Positions 18,409-27,636 of a stretch of DNA of 64,000 nt are shown piece after piece. This DNA is from an uncultured Chloroflexia bacterium. GTDB lineage: Bacteria > Chloroflexota > Anaerolineae > CG2-30-64-16. Position numbers and translations under genes: made by a program. The notes below the pieces were generated by a model. It was not told where the DNA came from. It saw nothing but the letters and a program-made list of their open reading frames with translations, and searched no databases. The stretch covers positions 448,001 through 512,000 of the forward strand of contig CAWEMM010000006.1 in assembly GCA_963810095.1 (NCBI GenBank), given 5' to 3'. Position 1 is the first letter of the stretch. Every line of letters starts with the position of its first letter.

Positions 18409-18705
18409 ATGGAAGGTCCGATCTACAAATTCTTCCGTGTGCAGTGGACCGAGGCGGGGTATCAGTTGGGCCAGGCGGGACGCGACAACCTGCTAGCCAA
18501 AGAGGCGGAGCTTCGGCAGCAACTCGGCATCAAGAATGTGGTGCTCTGCAACTCGTTCTGGAGTGACGAACGCTGGGCCGCGTATGGGGTTCACGAATAC
18601 GCCGATATTGAGGCCGTGCGTAAGCACAACGCCGGGATGGTAGCGCTGGACTTGTTCCGCTACCTTGAATCCGAAACGATGTTGGGCACGGCCTGGGGGA
18701 GCTAG
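18409..18705 (+). CDS. Small hypothetical protein (possibly dimeric alpha-beta barrel-like)
   Basis: AAGGAG RBS; 98 aa; GVHEYADIEAV...YLESETMLGT. Confidence 0.65.
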   Translation: MEGPIYKFFRVQWTEAGYQLGQAGRDNLLAKEAELRQQLGIKNVVLCNSFWSDERWAAYGVHEYADIEAVRKHNAGMVALDLFRYLESETMLGTAWGS

Positions 18706-19101
18706 CCAGAGCCACCGGCCAGCCGCCTGCGTCGCGCACAACTCCTGTGAGTTCGCGCATTCGGAGTTACGAGCGTGGGTTGTCGCGTGTTTGGGAAACC
18801 AGGCGGCCTCGACGGCGGGCCGGTACGACGCACGCGTGGGGTGTGGGCCGCGCGCGGCCGGGAGCCGCGCGGCAATTCATATGACTTCGAAAGACGCGCG
18901 TCTTCCCCTTTGTAGATCGTCGGCGCGTTGCACGGCGCAGTCTGCCGAACGTCTTGACGCGTCCTGGCATGGCGCGACAATCGGTTCGTGCTGCGCGCTG
19001 TGATGTTCATTCCGCCTCAGTTCCCACAGAACAAGAGCCGGAGCAGTCACACAGCGCAGCGATCTGGGTCTGACAGCGGGCGAAGGGAGCCGCCGGAGGC
19101 C

Positions 19102-20040
19102 ATGCCGACCCCACGCCAGGATACCTCGCCAGACACCGCCCTGCGAACGCATGGCCTGTGCAAGGACTACGGCCCGATCCAGGCGGTCGTCGGCCTGGAC
19201 CTCCATGTGCGCCGCGGCGAAATCTACGCCTTCCTCGGCCCCAACGGCGCGGGCAAGACCACCACGATCCGCATGCTCCTGGGTCTGGTCCGACCGACCG
19301 CAGGTCAGGCCACCCTCTTGGGCGCACGCGTTGCGGCGGGCAGCAACCACGTCTTCGCCCGCGTGGGTTACCTGGTGGAAACGGCCACGGCCTATCCCAA
19401 TCTTACCGTGCGCGAGAACCTGGACATCCAGCGGCGACTCACGCGGGCACCCCGGGCGGCGGTCGGTGATGCCATGGAGCTTCTTGGCCTTGCCGGTTCA
19501 GCCAATCGGCAGGCGGGCCAGCTATCGCTCGGCAATAAACAGCGGCTGGCGCTGGCGCGCGCCCTGCTCCACCGCCCCGAGCTACTCATCCTCGATGAAC
19601 CGGCCAATGGGCTTGATCCGGCCGGGATCATCGAGGTGCGCGAGCTGCTGCGGCGCTTGGCGAACGAGAACGGCGTGACCGTCTTCCTGTCAAGCCACAT
19701 CCTGGCGGAGGTCGCGCAACTGGCCGACCGCATCGGCATTATCCACCAGGGCCGCCTGCTTCAGGAACTCGACTACGCCGAACTCCGCCGCCGAACGCGC
19801 CTGTACCTGGAAGTCGAAGTGAGCGAGCCAGACCGCGCGGCCGGGCTGTTAGCCGCGCGCCTCGGCATCACGGCGTTGGAGCGCACGCCCGAGGGTGGGC
19901 TGCGCCTCTTTGAAGGCTTCGACCGGCGCGCCGAGATCGCGCGCACCCTGGTCGAAGCTGGACTCGACCTGACGCACCTGGCCCTGGCGCAGGAGGACCT
20001 GGAGTCCTACTTCATGCGGCTGACGGGGGGTGCCGGGTAA
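19102..20040 (+). CDS. ABC transporter ATP-binding protein (BcrA / lantibiotic-immunity type)
   Basis: GPNGAGKTT, LSLGNKQRL, LILDEPANGLDPAG, SSHILAEV. Confidence 0.9.
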   Translation: MPTPRQDTSPDTALRTHGLCKDYGPIQAVVGLDLHVRRGEIYAFLGPNGAGKTTTIRMLLGLVRPTAGQATLLGARVAAGSNHVFARVGYLVETATAYPNLTVRENLDIQRRLTRAPRAAVGDAMELLGLAGSANRQAGQLSLGNKQRLALARALLHRPELLILDEPANGLDPAGIIEVRELLRRLANENGVTVFLSSHILAEVAQLADRIGIIHQGRLLQELDYAELRRRTRLYLEVEVSEPDRAAGLLAARLGITALERTPEGGLRLFEGFDRRAEIARTLVEAGLDLTHLALAQEDLESYFMRLTGGAG

Positions 20041-20823
20041 ATGTTCGGCCAAGCCGTCGTCACCGAGTTCCTGAAGCTGCGCCGGTCCCGGATCACCTGG
20101 TTTTCGCTGCTCGCACTGTCGCTGGGGCCGCTCGGCGGCGCGCTCTTCATGTGGATCGTGCGCGAGCCGGGCCGCGCGGCGCAGCTGGGCCTGCTCGGCA
20201 CCAAGGCGAACCTCGCCGGTCTTGAGGCAACGTGGCCCGCGTACCTGGCGCTGCTAACGCTGTTTGTCGGGATCGGCGGGATGCTGCTGCTGTCCTTCAT
20301 CGTCGCTTACGTCTTCGGCCGGGAGTACGCCGAGGGCACCGCAAAGAACTTGCTCGCGCTGCCGGTGGCCCGCCCCTCGTTCGTGCTGGCGAAGTTTGTG
20401 GTCGCGGCGGCGTGGTGGCTGGCCCTCGTCGCGGCGGTCCTCGCGGAGGCATTCGTGATCGGGAGCGCGCTCGGGTTGCCTGACTTCGCGCCGGGCCTGG
20501 CCCTCAGCGCCGGGCGCAATGCGCTGCTGGCCGCAGGCATCCCGTACCTGCTCGTGCCCGTTGTCGCGTGGATCACCCTATTGGGGCGCGGCTACCTGGC
20601 CCCGCTCGGCTTCACGCTGGCGATGCTCGTGCTGGGTAACGTGTTCGCCCGGACGGGCTGGGCACCCTGGTTCCCCTGGTCGATTGGGGCGCTGCTGCTC
20701 GGCACCGTCGGTCAACCGGCGCAGACATTGCCGCCGGGCAGCTTCGTCGTGCTCGGGCTGACATTCATCGCAGGCATCGCGGCCACCATCTGGCAGTTCA
20801 ACTACGCCGACTGCAACCAGTAG
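20041..20823 (+). CDS. ABC-2 type permease (BcrB-like)
   Basis: EFLKLRRS, FGREYAEGTAKNLLALPV, WFPW; about six TMs. Confidence 0.85.
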   Translation: MFGQAVVTEFLKLRRSRITWFSLLALSLGPLGGALFMWIVREPGRAAQLGLLGTKANLAGLEATWPAYLALLTLFVGIGGMLLLSFIVAYVFGREYAEGTAKNLLALPVARPSFVLAKFVVAAAWWLALVAAVLAEAFVIGSALGLPDFAPGLALSAGRNALLAAGIPYLLVPVVAWITLLGRGYLAPLGFTLAMLVLGNVFARTGWAPWFPWSIGALLLGTVGQPAQTLPPGSFVVLGLTFIAGIAATIWQFNYADCNQ

Positions 20824-21717
20824 GCTCGCGCCGCAGCAGATAGGGGGCCGCGTCAGATTACCAAGCAGCTCCGATTCCGGCCTTTCTCTGCCCAACCAGG
20901 CCGCGCCGCCAACCTTCCAACTTACTCCAGCCTTAGCCCAAGACATCATGTCTCGATTGAAGGCCGACTGCGAACACGGATCGAGCGAATGACACCACGT
21001 TCTATCAGAAAGGTTGGCGTAGGTCGGCGGAAGCGGCTGACGTGCGCCATCCGGATGGGCTGTGGCGGGATGGCGAGAGGTGCATTGCCTTGTCGAGCAG
21101 TATCGTGGCGCACTGCCGGGGGCTGCGTGTTCAAACCCGCGCTGAACACGTCACCTGCCGCACAATGGCAATCGCTGCATGACAGCCATAAATGAGTCGG
21201 ACAAAAGCCCTGCTGTGCCATCAAGTTTTGATGGGGTCAGGCGGGGCTGTTGCGGCCACGCGATTGATCGGAGTTGAGATCTGGCGGCGCGGGGCGCTGC
21301 TGTCGATGACAAGGCGTGGGCCGTCAAGTGCGATGGCATGCGTCGAGCGGCTGCACCGGGTGCGACTGTGATGGCGCAATCAGGCCGGTCGCGTTGAAGC
21401 CCATCCTGCTGGTCGCCGGGCGGCCGCAGGGGTATGCGGTGGTCGAGCTAAATGAGCTACACGCCAGGCAGCGCGATTACGAATCGCCTAGCTGACCCGC
21501 GTGCCGCGACGGCGCGCGTCGGCTTTGGCGACGTTGTTTGCAACAACGGCCGTCGCTGGCAGCCGCTAAGATTGCGGCGTCGAGCCGCGCACGGATCGCA
21601 GGCGTGCCGGGCAAAAGTCGGGCAGCGAACTGAGCCGCTGGGATCGGAAATCTAGACGAGGTCGATGTTTTGGCAGAGTTGGTGCACAATGCGGACGATG
21701 GCTGCGAGTACTCGCTC

Positions 21718-21746
21718 TTGCGGTCTGGCCGTCGCTCCGATATAAT
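21718..21746 (+). promoter_or_regulatory. Island-encoded sigma70 promoter facing the right tRNA copy
   Basis: TTGCGG, 17 bp, TATAAT. Confidence 0.6.
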
Positions 21747-21806
21747 CATGACGCTAAGCCAGCAAAATACAGCAAGGAATTCGCAAAATTCCTAAAATTC
21801 AAAGGC

Positions 21807-21867
21807 GACAGCGTTACACCATATATGGGCATTTTCAAAGGCAGGCATACTACCGGTAGTAGAAAAA
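21807..21867. repeat. Right island-end inverted repeat (IRR)
   Basis: GACAGCGTTACACCATATATGGGC...ATACTACCGGTAGTAGAAAAA; inverse of 5680-5740. Confidence 0.8.
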
Positions 21868-21941
21868 GCCCCCGTAGCTCAGGTGGATAGAGCGAGGCAC
21901 TCCTAACGCCTAGGCCGAGCGTTCGAGTCGCTCCGGGGGTA
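21868..21941 (+). tRNA. tRNA-Arg (CCT), right copy / attR
   Basis: Identical to 5606-5679. Confidence 0.95.
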
Positions 21942-21951
21942 CTGGTTCGAT

Positions 21952-21989
21952 AAGGGGGGGACCGCGGGGTGCGCGGTCACCCCCTTTTT
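21952..21989 (+). terminator. Intrinsic terminator after the right tRNA-Arg (probably bidirectional)
   Basis: AAGGGGGGGACCGCG-GGGTG-CGCGGTCACCCCCTTTTT. Confidence 0.75.
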
Positions 21990-21991
21990 CC

Positions 21992-23815
21992 TCACGGAGC
22001 ACCCTTCGTCAGCCCGAACTCGAACTCGCCCACCCGGTTGGAGGGCGTGGATTGTGCGCCGGCACACCCGTTGCGGGGCTGGACGAGGTACGCGTTATTG
22101 ACGCTGGTATCGCCCAGGACCGCCTGGGTGAAGCTTGTCCCCGTCACCGTCACGCAGCCCGCGCCCGAGCACCCGGCGCCCGCGCTGAAGTACGGCGCAC
22201 CGCTCCACCACACGTCATACGCCGCCGCCCCCGGCTTTTTCCCCCACGTGAGCTTCACGTTGCTGGCGCTGAGCTTTGCAATGGCTAAATCGGTGATGGT
22301 CCCGGGCGCCGTCACGCCCAGGCACGCCGCACCGTATGCGGCGTAGGCGTCGATGCGCCCCCACCCGTAGACGTTGTTCGGCACTGATGTCCTGGTATCG
22401 CTGCCGCACGTCTGCGCGGACGTCTTCGGGACCGCCGACTGCTCGATCAGCGAGCGAATGGTGTCGACCTCGCCCCGAAGATCCGGGTTTGCGGAGAGCA
22501 GGAGCGCCACCAGCCCCGCGACGTGCGGCCCCGCCATGCTCGTGCCGTTCATGGCTGTGTAACTGTTGTTGTCGGTGTAGTAGCTTGAGCGGACGCCGGA
22601 CCCGGGCGCCGAGATGTTCGGCTTCATCCGGTTGCTGCCATCAACGGTGACCGGCCCGCGGCTGCTGTAGCTGGCGATGTCGTCGTTCGTCGTATTCGTC
22701 GTCGCGCCGACCGTGAACGACTCCGCGTAGATGGCGGCCGGTTCGCTCACGCTGCTGCACGCTGAGCCGGAATTCCCTGCCGAGTGCACGGTGACAATGC
22801 CGGCTGCCTTGACGTTCTGTACGACGGTCAGCAGCGCGCCCGGGCTGGTGCAGCCCTCACTGGATGGGCAGCCCCACGAGTTGTTGATCACGTCGGGCGC
22901 CTTCGACGAGTCGGGGGCCGTCCCGTCGACCTTAGTCGGCGCGATGAACCACTGGTAGCACTCGGAATACGTCGTGGGCGTTCCAGCGCCTGCATTCATG
23001 TTGCGGCAGCCGATCCACTTCGCTCCCGGCGCCATGCCCACCTGGTTGCCTGCGCCGTCATCGCCTACCATCGTGCCCATCGTATGCGTGCCATGCCCCT
23101 GGTCGTCGCACGGAACCGGGGAGTTCGCGCCACAGCTTGAACCGGTGGCATGGATCGCATCGTGCCAGTTGTAATCGTGATTCGCAATGCCGGTCGAATT
23201 GTCCCAGCCTCGGTACTTACCCTTCAGCGCGTTGTGGGTCCAAAGGTAACCCGTGTCCTGCCCGGCGATCACTGCCCCCGTGCCGTTTGCACCCGCCGTC
23301 CACACCTGGGGCGCGTTCACTTTCGTGATGTTCCACTCGACCGCGTTGGGTTGCAACGTGTCGATCGGGCCCGGGGCTACGGCCGGCTCCGCCAGCTTCA
23401 CGGTGGGGTTGGCGTAGATATGACCAACGTCTGTCCGTTCTGCCAACGCCTGCACTACGTCCATCCCGGCGCGCACCCAGATCATGTTGGCGACCCAGAA
23501 CGGCTGATACGCGACGCCCATCTGCTGCAGGCGTTGCCGCAGGGGCCCCTGGGTCTGCTCCGCGTGCGTGCTGAGGATGCGATAGACGAATGCGCCCTTT
23601 TCGGCTTTCGTCCGCAGGGCGGCTGCGGGGCGTACGTCGGCCTGGTCGGCCAGGAAGACGAGAAACTCGGTAGGACCCTGGGCGGCCGTCTGCAGCACCC
23701 ACGGGTCGACCTTGGCCTGCCAGGGCGAATCGGTGGGAGCGAGCGGAGCAGCAGCCACGCCCGAGACGCTGACGACCAGGAGGAAAGAGAGTACGAGCAA
23801 GGCAAACCGAGACAT
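21992..23815 (-). CDS. Secreted S8 subtilisin-like serine peptidase (bacillopeptidase F-like)
   Basis: Signal peptide; QDTG (D), GHGTHTMG (H), SAGNSG, GTSMAGPHVAG (S); C-terminal FN3-like tail. Confidence 0.92.
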   Translation of the reverse strand: MSRFALLVLSFLLVVSVSGVAAAPLAPTDSPWQAKVDPWVLQTAAQGPTEFLVFLADQADVRPAAALRTKAEKGAFVYRILSTHAEQTQGPLRQRLQQMGVAYQPFWVANMIWVRAGMDVVQALAERTDVGHIYANPTVKLAEPAVAPGPIDTLQPNAVEWNITKVNAPQVWTAGANGTGAVIAGQDTGYLWTHNALKGKYRGWDNSTGIANHDYNWHDAIHATGSSCGANSPVPCDDQGHGTHTMGTMVGDDGAGNQVGMAPGAKWIGCRNMNAGAGTPTTYSECYQWFIAPTKVDGTAPDSSKAPDVINNSWGCPSSEGCTSPGALLTVVQNVKAAGIVTVHSAGNSGSACSSVSEPAAIYAESFTVGATTNTTNDDIASYSSRGPVTVDGSNRMKPNISAPGSGVRSSYYTDNNSYTAMNGTSMAGPHVAGLVALLLSANPDLRGEVDTIRSLIEQSAVPKTSAQTCGSDTRTSVPNNVYGWGRIDAYAAYGAACLGVTAPGTITDLAIAKLSASNVKLTWGKKPGAAAYDVWWSGAPYFSAGAGCSGAGCVTVTGTSFTQAVLGDTSVNNAYLVQPRNGCAGAQSTPSNRVGEFEFGLTKGAP

Positions 23816-23973
23816 GCGTCCTCCTATGGCGAATGGAGTGCCGAGTGGTGGCGTGTAAGGCGATGGCATGCAGAGAGGGCGCGCAGAGGCGCTGCGTGCA
23901 CACGCCGCTGCGTGCCGGGCGACGACGGGCGCCGGCTGCTGGGGCCGGCGTCCGGACTGCAGGCCAGACGAGG

Positions 23974-24384
23974 CTAGAATGTCGCGAGCGCGGCGTCCAC
24001 AGTCGGATAGATGTCCAGCGCCTCGTTCAAGCCCACCTTCTCGAGGGTCGATGCGACGCGCGCCTGCGGATTGACCAGCTTCAGGCACTCACGCGCCTTG
24101 TCGCCCGAGCCGCCCTTCAGGGCCCGGATGGCCCCCCAACCGTCCTCGGGGCTGGGCGGGCGCTGCCCCTGCATGAGCAAAGCCATGCTGTGGATCGCTA
24201 CGAGACCGGAGCTGCTGACAAACTCGGTCTGCGAAAGATCGAAGATCAGGCCGCGCGTGCCGCCCTTATAGAGCTGGTCGACGCGTTCGATCACCTGCAG
24301 GTAATTCGACGCATCCAGGTCGCCCGGCAGCGAGATGACGGTGACTTGGGGCTTGTTGGGGGCCGGAGTGACAGTGAGTTCCAT
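23974..24384 (-). CDS. STAS domain anti-sigma factor antagonist (RsbV-like)
   Basis: GDLDAS, FDLSQTEFVSSSGL, LEKVGL. Confidence 0.85.
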   Translation of the reverse strand: MELTVTPAPNKPQVTVISLPGDLDASNYLQVIERVDQLYKGGTRGLIFDLSQTEFVSSSGLVAIHSMALLMQGQRPPSPEDGWGAIRALKGGSGDKARECLKLVNPQARVASTLEKVGLNEALDIYPTVDAALATF

Positions 24385-24386
24385 GA

Positions 24387-24845
24387 TCAGTCCTCCTGTG
24401 GTGCGGGTGGTCCATCAATCGAGAGCACGAGCTCGTTCCAACCGTCCGGTGTCCGCCGGTAACGGAAATCGTCCATCGTCTTGCGGATCAGGAAGATGCC
24501 GAGCCCTCCTGGGCCGCGCTCGGTGAGCGGAGGCAGCTCGTCGACCACGGGGGTCGCCGTAGGATCGAACGGAGGCGCCTGGTCGCGCAGAAAGACCGAA
24601 AGTCGAGGCGCCCGGTAGACGACCTGGATCTCGATGACCGCCGCCGGGCCCGGGCCCTCTTTGTAGCCGTGCATCACGATGTTCGTAGCAGCCTCGTCGA
24701 CGGCCAGCACCAAGTCGTCAAGGCGTTGACCCACAAAGCCGGCGGGCCGAGCGTGTTCTTCAACGAAACGGCGGATCACGCGCAGGTTCTCGGGCGCGGC
24801 AGGTACCCTGAGAAAAGCTCCCGCAGGCTCGCTCGTCCCTGTCAC
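24387..24845 (-). CDS. Anti-sigma factor Ser/Thr kinase (RsbW-like HATPase)
   Basis: LAVDEAATNIVMHGY, GGLGIFLIRKTMD. Confidence 0.88.
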   Translation of the reverse strand: MTGTSEPAGAFLRVPAAPENLRVIRRFVEEHARPAGFVGQRLDDLVLAVDEAATNIVMHGYKEGPGPAAVIEIQVVYRAPRLSVFLRDQAPPFDPTATPVVDELPPLTERGPGGLGIFLIRKTMDDFRYRRTPDGWNELVLSIDGPPAPQED

Positions 24846-26116
24846 CCGCTTGATCCTTCCCGCACGCCGGGGTCGCTCTCCGGCAGGCGCCTGGTGCACA
24901 GCACCGTGATGTCATCCTGCTGGGGCAGGCCGTCGCCGTGAGTGGCGACAGCAGCCATCACGCTATCACACATCGTCTGCGCCGGCCAGTCGCGCGCCCT
25001 GAGCACGAGATCGGCCAGGCGCTCTTCGCCGAAGAAGGCGCGACTCGTGCTGCGTGTCTCGATCACGCCGTCGGTATACATGACCAGTGCGCCGCCAGGG
25101 GGCACGGTCAAGTTGTCCTCGCTCAGGATGACGTCGTCGAATAACCCCAACAGGCGCCCGCGACCGATATCCGCGAGATAGGGCGCAGTGCCCGGCAGCG
25201 ACAGCACCGGCGGCTCGTGCCCCGCCCGCGAGTAGACAAAATGACCGGTAGAGAGGTTCAGAATCCCATACAGGACGGTCACGAACATGCGCCGGCTGCC
25301 CAGCTTAAGGAGCTCACGGTTGACGGCTCGCAGCACCTCACCGGGAGAACCGCTGCGACAGGCTTCTGCGCGCAACAGCGCGACGGTGATCGCCATGATC
25401 AGCGCAGCCGGCATGCCGTGGCCCGAAACGTCGCCCACGGCTATGCCCAATTCGCCGTCGTCCAATCCGATGAAATCGTAGAAGTCGCCCCCGACCTGGC
25501 TCATGGGCAGCAGCCGGGCGCCGAAATCGAAGCCGGGATAGGTGGGGAGCGCAGCGGGCAGCAAGCTCATTTGGATGTCGCGCGCCAGGGCCAGCTCGTG
25601 TTCGAGCTTCTGCTTCTCGACCAGCTCGGCTTGCGCGGCGTGCAGCTGGTCGAGGGCCGCCTGCAGCGCCCGATTCCGCTCCTCCAGGCGCCGGATTTGC
25701 CCCACGTTCGCCTGCTCCAGCCGCTCGCCCAGCACACGCGCCAACTGGTAGCCCAGTATGGGCTGGCGCTGCAGCAAGGCGTCGAACTGCTCGCGCGTCA
25801 CCACCAGCACTTCGGCATCGTTCAAGGCCCGGCCGCTGGCCGACCGCACCCCGTTGGGGTGCAGGAGACTCATCTCCCCGATGTATTCGCCCGGCCCGCG
25901 CACCGAGAGAACCTGCTCGGCGCCGTCCGCAAGCGCCTTGTAGATCTCGAACTCGCCCTGTAGGATGATGTAGAAGACGTTGCCCGGCTCGCCCTCTTCG
26001 AAGAGCACGGTGCCCGCAAGAATGTCCTCGGCCCGCAGCGTTTCGGCCAGCCAGCGGAGGTGACGCGGTGGCAGGGTGGAGAAGAATGGGACGCGGCGAA
26101 GCATCTCTTCCAGCAC
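24842..26116 (-). CDS. cNMP-binding domain fused to a SpoIIE/PP2C phosphatase (RsbU-like)
   Basis: N-terminal GEYIGEMSLL...RSAS; VGGDFYD, GDVSGHG, YTDGV, DDIT. Confidence 0.9.
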   Translation of the reverse strand: MLEEMLRRVPFFSTLPPRHLRWLAETLRAEDILAGTVLFEEGEPGNVFYIILQGEFEIYKALADGAEQVLSVRGPGEYIGEMSLLHPNGVRSASGRALNDAEVLVVTREQFDALLQRQPILGYQLARVLGERLEQANVGQIRRLEERNRALQAALDQLHAAQAELVEKQKLEHELALARDIQMSLLPAALPTYPGFDFGARLLPMSQVGGDFYDFIGLDDGELGIAVGDVSGHGMPAALIMAITVALLRAEACRSGSPGEVLRAVNRELLKLGSRRMFVTVLYGILNLSTGHFVYSRAGHEPPVLSLPGTAPYLADIGRGRLLGLFDDVILSEDNLTVPPGGALVMYTDGVIETRSTSRAFFGEERLADLVLRARDWPAQTMCDSVMAAVATHGDGLPQQDDITVLCTRRLPESDPGVREGSSG

Positions 26117-26371
26117 GTTGGCTTCCTGGCAGTCTGTGATCTTTGTGTGTCCGGAATAATCTTACTGTGGATTGGAAACCGCTGCAAGTCGATTGAAGAA
26201 GGGTGGGCGGGAGCCGGTGGGGTGCGGACCAGAGGCATCTGAGCGAGCATGGAAAGTGATTTGACGCTGCTTCGGAGCAATGGTAATGTTTGCCGCGGTA
26301 CCCCAACCAGAACGCCATGATCGGCAATCCGCTCGGAGACAACTCCGGCCTGATGATAGTAGGAGGCAAAG

Positions 26372-27124
26372 ATGATCAAGCTCGTGCTGCTGCGCCACGG
26401 CGAGAGCACCTGGAACAAGGAAAACCTGTATACCGGGTGGACCGATGTCGACCTGTCGGAGAAGGGGCTGGCCGAGGCGCACGAAGCCGGCCGGCTGATG
26501 AAGGCCGAAGGGTTCACGTTCGACCTGGCCTACACGTCCGTCCTCAAACGAGCAATCCGCACCCTCTGGATCGCGCTGGACGAAATGGACCAGATGTGGC
26601 TGCCGATCACAAACACGTGGCGGCTCAACGAGCGCCACTACGGCGCGCTCCAGGGGCTGAACAAGGCGCAGACCGCCGAGCAGTACGGGGATAAGCAGGT
26701 TAAGCTGTGGCGTCGCTCGTACGACGTGCCGCCGCCGTCGCTCACCCGCGACGACCCGCGCTGGCCGGGCCACGACCCGCGCTACGCCAACGTGGACCCC
26801 GACGAGCTGCCGCTGGCCGAATGCCTGAAGGACACGGTCGCGCGGTTCCTGCCTTGGTGGCACCAGGAAGCAGTGCCCACACTCCGATCGGGCAAGCGCG
26901 TCATTATTGCGGCCCACGGCAACAGCCTGCGGGCCCTGGTCAAATACCTGGACAACATCTCCGATGACGAGATTGTCGAGCTGAACATCCCGACGGGGGT
27001 TCCCCTGGTGTACGAGCTCGACGATGAGTTGAAGCCGATCCGGCACTATTACCTGGGGGATGCGGAGGCGGTTGCCAAGGCCGCCGCGGCAGTAGCCGCG
27101 CAAGGGACGGCTAAGAAAGAATAG
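26372..27124 (+). CDS. gpmA: 2,3-BPG-dependent phosphoglycerate mutase
   Basis: [30 protein letters not shown]. Confidence 0.97.
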   Translation: MIKLVLLRHGESTWNKENLYTGWTDVDLSEKGLAEAHEAGRLMKAEGFTFDLAYTSVLKRAIRTLWIALDEMDQMWLPITNTWRLNERHYGALQGLNKAQTAEQYGDKQVKLWRRSYDVPPPSLTRDDPRWPGHDPRYANVDPDELPLAECLKDTVARFLPWWHQEAVPTLRSGKRVIIAAHGNSLRALVKYLDNISDDEIVELNIPTGVPLVYELDDELKPIRHYYLGDAEAVAKAAAAVAAQGTAKKE

Positions 27125-27226
27125 GGCGTGGATGATGCAGATGAGGTGGATCGGCAAGACTTCCAGGAGCTACCCTGCCCATCTACCTCACCGGCGGAAA
27201 TCAGCGTGCTACTGATCAAATATGGG

Positions 27227-27310
27227 ACACTGATGCAACTGATTGAACTGATCTGCACTCTCTTTTGGGTGATAATCAGTCCGATCCGTTCAATCAGTGT
27301 CCTATTTCAT
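27227..27310. repeat. Dispersed palindromic intergenic element (CTGAT, 9-nt period), copy 1
   Basis: ACACTGATGCAACTGATTGAACTGATCT...ATCAGTCCGATCCGTTCAATCAGTGT; near-identical to 62882-62974. Confidence 0.85.
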
Positions 27311-27345
27311 GCCTCGTTATCCGGCCACCCGGCGTGGATGGCTAA

Positions 27346-27636
27346 TCAGTCCAGAATGAGGATGCTGTTGTCCTGACCGAAGCCGGAAGGCTCGTAGCCA
27401 TCCGCGGCCGGATCGTTGAGCCACTGATCGCCCTCGACGACGTAACGGAAACGGTAGGTGCCCGGCGCTAAACGGATCGCCTTGGTCCATACGCCATCCT
27501 TCCGCCGCTTCATCGCCCCATTCGCGGGTTCCCAGTTATTGAAGTCCCCCACGACTGACACAGCCTCAGCCTGAACACCGGGCAGCTCAAAGGTCACGGA
27601 CCGCTTGCTGCTGTTCGCAATCGCTTCTTTCTTCAC
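27346..27636 (-). CDS. Glycogen-binding (isoamylase early-set / CBM48-like) protein
   Basis: VSVVGDFNNW, GVW...LAPGTYRFRYVV...WLND. Confidence 0.85.
   Translation of the reverse strand: MKKEAIANSSKRSVTFELPGVQAEAVSVVGDFNNWEPANGAMKRRKDGVWTKAIRLAPGTYRFRYVVEGDQWLNDPAADGYEPSGFGQDNSILILD

Larger units (their letters stand above)
5606..21943. mobile_element. tRNA-Arg-integrated genomic island (~16.3 kb)
   Basis: 76-bp identical direct repeats (5606-5681, 21868-21943) covering the whole tRNA; tyrosine recombinase next to the left copy; accessory cargo; terminator lies after the right copy. Confidence 0.92.

Noticed and set aside
5606-21943. Island as a prophage or conjugative element
   Set aside because: No structural, terminase, relaxase, T4SS or replication genes recognised.
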